From: Clostridia bacterium
GTDB lineage: Bacteria > Bacillota > Sulfobacillia > SLMV01
Length of the DNA: 37,618 nt
Assembly: GCA_007133365.1 (NCBI GenBank)
Contig: SLMV01000044.1
Coordinates: 1 to 37,618, forward strand
Direction of reading: 5' to 3'
Made by a program: the position numbers and the translations under genes. The number at the start of each line of letters is the position of its first letter. Position 1 is the first letter of the stretch. Below the pieces are notes generated by a model that saw only the letters and a program-made list of their open reading frames with translations, was not told the DNA's origin and searched no databases. Below, piece by piece: positions 17,095 through 24,024 of this stretch.

Positions 17095-17123
17095 AGTATT
17101 GCCGAACATATGTTCGAAGTCAA
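17095..17123 (-). promoter_or_regulatory. Candidate SOS-regulated promoter of thpR-recA-recX
   Basis: On the minus strand, TTGACT (17123-17118, overlapping the cinA TGA), a 17-nt spacer consisting almost entirely of the LexA box, then AATACT (17100-17095). Confidence 0.55.
17103..17116. promoter_or_regulatory. LexA (Cheo/SOS) box, CGAACATATGTTCG
   Basis: Perfect 14-bp palindrome matching the Gram-positive LexA consensus CGAAC-N4-GTTCG. It lies between the cinA stop and the thpR-recA-recX genes. Confidence 0.8.
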
Positions 17124-18352
17124 CCCGCTTGCTCTTCTCCCAAGTGTTGCCGAAGCCGCATCAAGGTATGGATAATACTGCGCTCACGAATGAGCGCGCG
17201 TGATCCATTAAACTGTACATCCTCCGACGTCAGCCCCCAGGGGCCATAAAAGGCAAAGCAAACCAGTCCCACCGGTTTTTCCGGCGTTCCCCCACTGGGT
17301 CCGGCCACCCCCGTAATGGCAGCACTCACCTCGGCGTTGAGTCGTTTGGCCGCCCCGAGCGCCATGGCCTTTGCCACCGGAATGCTCACCGCCCCGTACC
17401 GCTCAATAGTGGACGGCGCCACCTCCAAAAGGGCTATCTTGCTCGCATTGGAATAGGTGACCAGTCCGCCGCTAAAGTAATCCGATGCGCCCGGGATCTC
17501 GGTCATCCAATGCGCCAAGCCACCGCCGGTACACGATTCGGCCACGCCCAAGGTTAAGCCTCGTGCCTTTAGCAAACGGCCCACCGCCCCCGGAAGCGTC
17601 TCGTCATCATATCCATAAATAAAAGCGCCCAATCGAGATTTCAAGACATCGAGAACGGGGCGAAACGACGCCAGGGCCTCGGCTTCATCCTTCGCCCGAG
17701 TCGCCAAACGAATGCGAATGCGCCCGCCACCGGCGTAGGTTGCAATCGAGGGATCGTCCTGATCCCGAAGGAGATCCGCAATGCGCTCGGCCACCTGTGA
17801 CTCCCCAATACCGGCCAATAACAGATCCCGGCTGTAAAGTCGCGACGCCGGCAGACGATCCGATGCTTTTAGCAACGGGCCAAGTGACGCCGTCACCATC
17901 GGTTCCAGCTCACGGGGAGGGCCCGGAAGCGCCGCCACGTGGGCATCATCATGCTCGAGGTAAAAGCCCGGCGCTGTGCCGTTGGGATTGGGAAGCGATA
18001 CGGCCCCTTGGGGCAATAACGCCTGACGTCGATTGTTCTCCGTCATCGGTACGCCGCGCCGTCGAAAGAAACCTTCGATCACGCGCATCTCCTTTGCATC
18101 CGCTCGAAGCGGACACCCCCAAACGTCCGCGACCACCTCCCGGGTGATATCGTCCGGGGTGGGTCCCAACCCCCCCGAAATCAAGACCAAATCCGCGCGC
18201 CGTCGCGCCCTCACCAGCGCGTCCGAAAGGCGCTCCCAATTATCCCCTACGGTCACATGATGGTAAACGTCGAGTCCATGATGGGCACAAAAGCGCGAGA
18301 GGAACTGGGCATTGGTATTTAGCACTTCCCCCAGCAAGAGTTCCGTTCCCAC
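17120..18352 (-). CDS. cinA: Competence/damage-inducible protein CinA (MoCF-binding domain + PncC-type NMN deamidase domain)
   Basis: GTELLLGEVLNTNAQFLS at the N-terminus and ESCTGGGLAHWMTEIPGASDYF in the C-terminal domain. GTG 18352 is the first canonical start. The conserved N-terminal residues RKAEIIAV are encoded upstream of it, so the true start is probably CTG 18376 (see finding). Confidence 0.88.
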   Translation of the reverse strand: MGTELLLGEVLNTNAQFLSRFCAHHGLDVYHHVTVGDNWERLSDALVRARRRADLVLISGGLGPTPDDITREVVADVWGCPLRADAKEMRVIEGFFRRRGVPMTENNRRQALLPQGAVSLPNPNGTAPGFYLEHDDAHVAALPGPPRELEPMVTASLGPLLKASDRLPASRLYSRDLLLAGIGESQVAERIADLLRDQDDPSIATYAGGGRIRIRLATRAKDEAEALASFRPVLDVLKSRLGAFIYGYDDETLPGAVGRLLKARGLTLGVAESCTGGGLAHWMTEIPGASDYFSGGLVTYSNASKIALLEVAPSTIERYGAVSIPVAKAMALGAAKRLNAEVSAAITGVAGPSGGTPEKPVGLVCFAFYGPWGLTSEDVQFNGSRALIRERSIIHTLMRLRQHLGEEQAG

Positions 18353-18510
18353 GGCGATAATTTCCGCTTTTCTCAGTCGCGATTCCGATACGTCGATGGC
18401 ACTCCCCTGCCTTTCCTTCGTCCATTCATCAAAATCCCGGGGGCAATCGATCCGCTACGGTTCCTTTTGGGCCCCTTCATCCAAGCCCATTGACCAACCG
18501 ATCCAACGCC

Positions 18511-19884
18511 TTAGGCGCCTAAGGTGTCCTCGCGATTGGATTCGGTCGGGCGGCAAGCCCTCCCCCAAAGATCCCAAGCATCCACCCCCGTGATACGAAC
18601 AAAGACCCGATCCCCAACCGATTTGGCACCGACATCGGCCACCAGCACATTGCCATCCACTTCCGGTGCTTGGCCTTGATGGCGCCCCAACCATCCCTCG
18701 TCGCTTCGTTGATCCAATAAAACGGGAAGGGTCTGACCGACCAACGGACGTTTGGCGATCAACGCAACCTCCATGGCCACTTTCTGAAGGCGCCGCTGAC
18801 GTTCACGTTTGATCGTTTCGGGAATCGGGTCGGAAAGCGAATACGCCGGGGTGCCCTCCTCACGCGAGTAGGCAAAAACGCCCACATGATCGAGGGGTTC
18901 TTCTTGGAGGAATCGGATCAATTGCTCAAAGTCGGCCTCGGTTTCGCCCGGGAACCCCACCATGAAGGTTGAACGAATTGACATGTTAGGCACTTCCCGA
19001 CGCAGATGACCGAGTAACGCGCGCACTTTTTTGGGATCCTCGTTTCGTCCCATCCGGGTAAGAATCGAAGGGCTCACATGTTGAAGGGGAAGGTCAAGAT
19101 AAGGACACACGTTGTCATATTTGGCCAAGACCCTCACCAGCTGCCGGCTGACCCCGGAAGGATACGCATAAAGACAACGAAACCAGGTATCGGAAAATGC
19201 ACGGGCTAAACGTTCCAACAATAATTCGAAGGACCAGCCGTCAAGATCTGCCCCGTACCGGGTCACATCCTGCGCAATAAGGTTGATCTCCCGGACCCCT
19301 TGTGACACCAACGTCTGGACTTCGTCGAAGATGACGGTCGGATCTTGCGAACGAAAAGGTCCCCGGATCAGCGGGATGGCGCAATAACCACAACCCCGGC
19401 TGCACCCCTCGGCGATCTTGACATAGGCATAATGCTCGGGCGTTTGCCGACGGCGACGACGAGCGGGTGTGCAATCCGAAGGCGCCTCCTGGGAAACGGC
19501 CACCACTTGATTGCCGCGAAGCACCGCATCCACCACCCGGGTCACCTCATCGAGATCGTTCACTCCGAGCAATCCGTCAATTTCCGGGATCTCTTGATGA
19601 AGCGCCTTTTGGTATCGCTGGGTTAAGCAACCCGCAACCACCAGGCCTTGCTGGTCGTGGGCCGGACGTTTTGTCTGATCCTCGAGAAAAGCAAAGATTT
19701 CGGACAGCGACTCTTCTTTTGCCTCTTGAATGAAGCCGCAGGTATTGATGATCACGACATCGGCCTTTGCCACTTCGTCGGAAACGTCCCAACCCCCCGC
19801 CTCAAGATGCCCCCCCATGATCTCCGCATCAACTAGATTCTTGGCACATCCGAGGTGGATAAATGCCACCGTGCGACGCGTCAT
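18511..19884 (-). CDS. rimO: Ribosomal protein S12 (uS12) methylthiotransferase RimO
   Basis: VAFIHLGCAKNLVDAEIMGGHL (RimO-type N-domain), radical-SAM CSRGCGYCAIPLIRG and a C-terminal TRAM domain. ATG 19884 overlaps the upstream stop as ATGA. The ORF track extends to 19905. Confidence 0.9.
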   Translation of the reverse strand: MTRRTVAFIHLGCAKNLVDAEIMGGHLEAGGWDVSDEVAKADVVIINTCGFIQEAKEESLSEIFAFLEDQTKRPAHDQQGLVVAGCLTQRYQKALHQEIPEIDGLLGVNDLDEVTRVVDAVLRGNQVVAVSQEAPSDCTPARRRRRQTPEHYAYVKIAEGCSRGCGYCAIPLIRGPFRSQDPTVIFDEVQTLVSQGVREINLIAQDVTRYGADLDGWSFELLLERLARAFSDTWFRCLYAYPSGVSRQLVRVLAKYDNVCPYLDLPLQHVSPSILTRMGRNEDPKKVRALLGHLRREVPNMSIRSTFMVGFPGETEADFEQLIRFLQEEPLDHVGVFAYSREEGTPAYSLSDPIPETIKRERQRRLQKVAMEVALIAKRPLVGQTLPVLLDQRSDEGWLGRHQGQAPEVDGNVLVADVGAKSVGDRVFVRITGVDAWDLWGRACRPTESNREDTLGA

Positions 19885-21548
19885 TCCACAAATTCCTCCA
19901 TCCAAAATGGGCCCCTCAAATCAACAACCTCACGTAGGGCAGCATGGCAGGCCGGCAGCCAATCCATCCCCCAATGGGATAGTAAGGCCATCATATTCAA
20001 CCGTTCCTGAGGATATCCGCGCGGCCGGAGATGGTTGGCAACCCTCCGATAGGCCCCGGTCAGCTTCGGTAAACGACGCCGATGATGCTGCTGGGCTTTA
20101 CGTTCAACTTCCCTGAGCAAAGCATCAAACCGGCTGGCCGTTGCATCCAAAACGGGTTTCAAACTCGGGATCTCGTCGACCAGTTCGCGTGTGCCCTCAT
20201 GATACACCCGTGCGATGTCTCCCTTCAATTCGTCCAACCGGCTTTTTAGATCTCGCTCCATCAATTGATCAAGATGGGCATCACGAGCCGCCATCAAGGC
20301 ATCGACATCGGGCAGGGGTTCCAGCAACGTGCTCGGGTTCAGCCCTCGTTTTTGGATGGCCACCAGTAGCGCGTGGGGACAGTAGGTTAAAGATATTTGG
20401 GGTACCACCGGGGCGGGGGTCATTTCGAAGCAGCCGAACACCGTGCGCGCCTGCGCTCGAACCCCCGATTCTCCCTCACTGATGACCCCCAGGAGGGTCG
20501 GCACCACAGCTTCTTGAACCATCGGTGCCAGGACCGCGTCCGGACTAAACGCTTCATGCTCCTCGGCCATCACCTCGGCCATCCCCTTGGGATCGAGGGT
20601 CGACCGCATCCCTTGGTGGAAAAAGCCCTCACGCTCAGGATCAAACTGGAGCCGGCGACGACTCGCACCCAACTCCACATACAATCGCGTTTCGCGCGGC
20701 CTCGAACGAACGGGCGGATGGTATCCCGCCGATAACAGGCGCTCACGTCCTGCTTCCAATTCGTTGTGAATGCTGTATTGCCGGATCAGGGAGCGCTTCA
20801 TCAAGGGAACCGTCAAACGGCGGATTTCAGGGGTCGAGCCGTCGAGCACCACGACCCCGTAAGACGAAAAGATGCGCGCCATCATCCGACAAAACCATTC
20901 CGTGAGATTCTGACTATCCGCGCCCGTCTGCTTCAAAAGATCGAACGCCGTGGCCCCATAAGGCGAACGGCTCATCTGCTCGTCAAAAGCACCCAACAAG
21001 GCGTCGAGTCCCGGTCGCAACTGGATTTTGGGGGCGGGGCAACCGGGTGGTAAGGGGGGTGTCATGCTCAAATGTCGGATCTCATCCGCTGGGGTGACCA
21101 GCCAAGCGCCAAGCATTTCGGCGGCATTATGATCGCTCAGCACCCAAAGAACGGGAACGACCCGAATCGCAAAATCGCGTTCTAAGCGCCGCGCCCATTC
21201 AATTGCGGTCAAGACTTTGAGAAAGTCCGCTGCGCGCCCTCCTAAAACGGCGGGACGAAGCTGCACCAACACAGCATAGGTATTGGGCTCCACCAACGAA
21301 CGGGCCGCACGCACGGCGGACGCGTCGGCACCGTACCCCTGGTTTTGCTTTAACAAATGATGCGCCAACGCTTGCCGCTTCTTGGCGGAAAAGGTTTTCA
21401 GGTCGTTGATTCGCCGTTCGAGGGGGCCGCGTGTGGGAATTGGCGACAACATCGACGAAAGGGCGGGGGACCGATCAAAGACAAAGTCACGTTGGATGGG
21501 ATCTTCTGAGAGCCATGCTTTCGAAATCGTCGACAGCTGATATAACAT
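19881..21548 (-). CDS. BshC (YllA)-family protein, divergent (bacillithiol cysteine-adding enzyme homologue)
   Basis: About 555 aa. Overall length, a C-terminal coiled coil and the tail HLRPRGYPQERLNMMALLSHWGMDWL resemble the BshC C-terminus (..P..QER....Y.L..YG..F) as I recall it. The central region VLVQLRPAVLGGRAADFLKVLTAIEWARRLE...VVPVLWVLSDHNAAE aligns by eye with the BshC Rossmann-like core but with substituted motif residues. ATG 21548 (GGAAAGGG 7 nt upstream) is preferred over ATG 21605. Confidence 0.55.
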   Translation of the reverse strand: MLYQLSTISKAWLSEDPIQRDFVFDRSPALSSMLSPIPTRGPLERRINDLKTFSAKKRQALAHHLLKQNQGYGADASAVRAARSLVEPNTYAVLVQLRPAVLGGRAADFLKVLTAIEWARRLERDFAIRVVPVLWVLSDHNAAEMLGAWLVTPADEIRHLSMTPPLPPGCPAPKIQLRPGLDALLGAFDEQMSRSPYGATAFDLLKQTGADSQNLTEWFCRMMARIFSSYGVVVLDGSTPEIRRLTVPLMKRSLIRQYSIHNELEAGRERLLSAGYHPPVRSRPRETRLYVELGASRRRLQFDPEREGFFHQGMRSTLDPKGMAEVMAEEHEAFSPDAVLAPMVQEAVVPTLLGVISEGESGVRAQARTVFGCFEMTPAPVVPQISLTYCPHALLVAIQKRGLNPSTLLEPLPDVDALMAARDAHLDQLMERDLKSRLDELKGDIARVYHEGTRELVDEIPSLKPVLDATASRFDALLREVERKAQQHHRRRLPKLTGAYRRVANHLRPRGYPQERLNMMALLSHWGMDWLPACHAALREVVDLRGPFWMEEFVE

Positions 21549-21760
21549 ATGCCAACCCTTTCCGAAGACCGACCCGCGGGACGAGCACGGCCGCTGGGTC
21601 GGCAATTTTTGCTCGGTGACGGAAGGTCACGTGCAGCCTCCGTTACCCCTTCTCTATTCGGTTCCATGCCCCACCCCAAATTCGCACGGAAACCGCGGAC
21701 GCACCGGGTCCTCGCTCGATCATTTGACACGCTAATCTTCGGGGGTAAAATCGCGGTCGT

Positions 21761-22618
21761 TTAGGTATCGCCCGTCACGAACTGAAAGATCAGGTTTCGG
21801 GTGCGGCTGCCTTCGATCACGTCCACCACGTCGCCATTGACCGACACTTCCATATCCAGGGGAAACCCGGCCCGAATGGTGGTGTCTTGCGTCAGCTCCC
21901 AGGTTTCGGATGCACCGGGCTCCAGCGTAGTTTGTTCCGTGATTTCTCCGTCGATAATGATGCCGATCCAGCAGCGCTCGCCCGCCCGAAGGGTGACCGC
22001 CACCTCATCTTGCCCGCTGACCTCATACGTGATGTCGGCTTCCCCGGGGCCCTCGATCCGGTCAATCTCAATCTCCGCGTTTCCCTCGTCAGGAGGCGGG
22101 TCCGGCTCGACGTCTTCATCGTCTCCATTATCGGGCACCGTCGGTGAGGGCTCATCATTTCCGGGGGGCGCGAGGTCGTTTTCGCCGGGTTCACCACCGA
22201 AGGGAGGCGCAAACATCACCACATAGTAAACACCTCCCGCGATGAGCAGCAGGAATAAAAACACACTTATGATTCGAAATACGCTCGAACCGGTGGGTTT
22301 GATGGCGCGCCTGAGGGTAATATTATCCGCACCCGGCCTTCCTCGTAACCGCTCGTTCACCCGGTTGGGTTCGGGCGTTTCATCGAGTAATTCCCGATAA
22401 GCCGCCAACACCGGCTGGCTGTCATAGCTAATGACCTGACAATAACGGCGGATGATGCCTTCGGCATAAGGTTTTGCCGGTAACGATTCGAAATCGCCTT
22501 CCTCTAGCGCTTCTAAATAGCGATAACGGATCTTGGTCACTTTCTGCACATCTTCAAGACGCAATCCCTGCAGTTGGCGCTGAAGCTTAAGCTCCGCACC
22601 GACATCACGAGCAGACAA
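21761..22618 (-). CDS. rodZ: RodZ-like cytoskeleton/cell-shape protein (HTH + TM + DUF4115-like domain)
   Basis: N-terminal XRE-type HTH (LQGLRLEDVQKVTKIRYRYLEALEEGDFESLP), a single TM helix (IISVFLFLLLIAGGVYYVVMF), an acidic Pro/Asp/Glu linker and a C-terminal beta-rich domain. TTG 22618 has GGAGAGGGGGG 7 nt upstream. Its position matches ymfM of Bacillus. Confidence 0.75.
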   Translation of the reverse strand: MSARDVGAELKLQRQLQGLRLEDVQKVTKIRYRYLEALEEGDFESLPAKPYAEGIIRRYCQVISYDSQPVLAAYRELLDETPEPNRVNERLRGRPGADNITLRRAIKPTGSSVFRIISVFLFLLLIAGGVYYVVMFAPPFGGEPGENDLAPPGNDEPSPTVPDNGDDEDVEPDPPPDEGNAEIEIDRIEGPGEADITYEVSGQDEVAVTLRAGERCWIGIIIDGEITEQTTLEPGASETWELTQDTTIRAGFPLDMEVSVNGDVVDVIEGSRTRNLIFQFVTGDT

Positions 22619-22664
22619 ATCCGTACCCCCCTCTCCGGTTTTTCCGTCTTGTCGGTTGGGTCCT

Positions 22665-23966
22665 CTAAGGTCGAATCCGGTTCAAAAGCCGTGGGAACGG
22701 AATCGACTCCCGAACGTGGTCCAAGCCCGCGACCCAGGTGAGCGCTCGCTCGATCCCCAACCCGAAACCGGAATGCGGCACCGACCCAAACCGGCGTAAA
22801 TCAAGATACCATTGAAACTCCGATTCCGGCAGTTCATGTTGCCGGATTCGCTCGCGCAATAGATCATAATCGTGGATACGCTCGCTCCCTCCGATGATCT
22901 CACCGTATCCCTCCGGCGCCAATAAATCGGCAGCCAAGACCAATTCCGGACGATTGGGATCCGGCTCCATGTAGAAGGCTTTCGTTTGAGCCGGGAACCG
23001 TTCGACAAACACCGGACGATCAAAGTGATCCGCAATCGCCGTTTCATGGGGCGCACCCAGATCGTCACCCCATTCGAGGGGCAATCCTTCACGGGCCAAC
23101 TGTTCGAGAGCCTCATCATAACTGATGCGCGGAAACGGTGCTTTCACCCGCTCCAACGGTTTGATGTCGCGTCCGACCTCTTCGAGTTCGTCCGCACAAT
23201 GCTCCAAAATATTCCCGACGACCTGAGTCATCAATTCCTCTTGCAGTTTCAAATTATCTTCATAGGTATAAAAAGCCATTTCCGGCTCGATCATCCAGAA
23301 CTCGATGAGATGACGCCGGGTCTTCGATTTCTCGGCTCGAAACGCCGGGCTAAAGCAATAGACTTTCCCCAGCGCTGCCGCGGTGGCTTCACTGTAGAGT
23401 TGCCCGCTTTGCGTGAGATACGCGGTCTCACCAAAATAATCCGTTTCAAACAGCGTGCTAGTCCCTTCGCAGGCATTGGGGGTCAAGATCGGCGTGTCCA
23501 CCCGTACAAACCCATCTTGGCGCAAGAAGCACTCTAACTCAAACATCAATCGGTCCCGAAGCCGCATCAGGGCGACCTGACGCGGGCTCCGAAGCCACAA
23601 GTGACGGGTATTGAGAAGGAATTCCACCCCGTGTTCTTTTAGCGCCAGTGGGTAATCATCGGCGATCTGTAACACGCGGACATCTTGGAGGTGGATTTCA
23701 AAACCGCCCGGGGAACGTTCATCACGGCTCACCGTCCCCCAAATGATCAGCGACGACTCCTGGGTCAATTGCTCCAACTGCTCCCACGCCGTTGTTGAGA
23801 CGTCGTTGGCCGCCGCCACCGCCTGGACCACTCCGGTGCCATCCCGGATCAACAGGAAATGGATCTTGCCACTCGAACGACGATTGTATAGCCAACCGCG
23901 GATCTCGACCACTTCCCCTTCATACTGCGCGAGATCCTTGATGGCGACGTAGTCTGCTGCACCCAT
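22665..23966 (-). CDS. asnS: Asparagine--tRNA ligase
   Basis: About 433 aa class IIb synthetase. OB-fold N-domain, FRAEKSKTRRHLIEFWMIEPEMAF (motif 2 region, AsnRS-type), GGSERIHD and GFGLGIERAL (motif 3). ATG 23966 has GAAGGAGG 7 nt upstream. Confidence 0.92.
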   Translation of the reverse strand: MGAADYVAIKDLAQYEGEVVEIRGWLYNRRSSGKIHFLLIRDGTGVVQAVAAANDVSTTAWEQLEQLTQESSLIIWGTVSRDERSPGGFEIHLQDVRVLQIADDYPLALKEHGVEFLLNTRHLWLRSPRQVALMRLRDRLMFELECFLRQDGFVRVDTPILTPNACEGTSTLFETDYFGETAYLTQSGQLYSEATAAALGKVYCFSPAFRAEKSKTRRHLIEFWMIEPEMAFYTYEDNLKLQEELMTQVVGNILEHCADELEEVGRDIKPLERVKAPFPRISYDEALEQLAREGLPLEWGDDLGAPHETAIADHFDRPVFVERFPAQTKAFYMEPDPNRPELVLAADLLAPEGYGEIIGGSERIHDYDLLRERIRQHELPESEFQWYLDLRRFGSVPHSGFGLGIERALTWVAGLDHVRESIPFPRLLNRIRP

Positions 23967-24024
23967 CAAATAGCCTCCTTCATCCGTTACCAATGTATCT
24001 TACCAAGGGATTCGACCCCAACCG

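Noticed and set aside
24007-24019. tRNA T-arm-like sequence (GGGGTCGAATCCC on the minus strand) between UPF0182 and asnS.
   Set aside because: Only the T-loop-like 13-mer is present. The 58-nt spacer is too short for a tRNA, and no acceptor, D or anticodon arms can be drawn.
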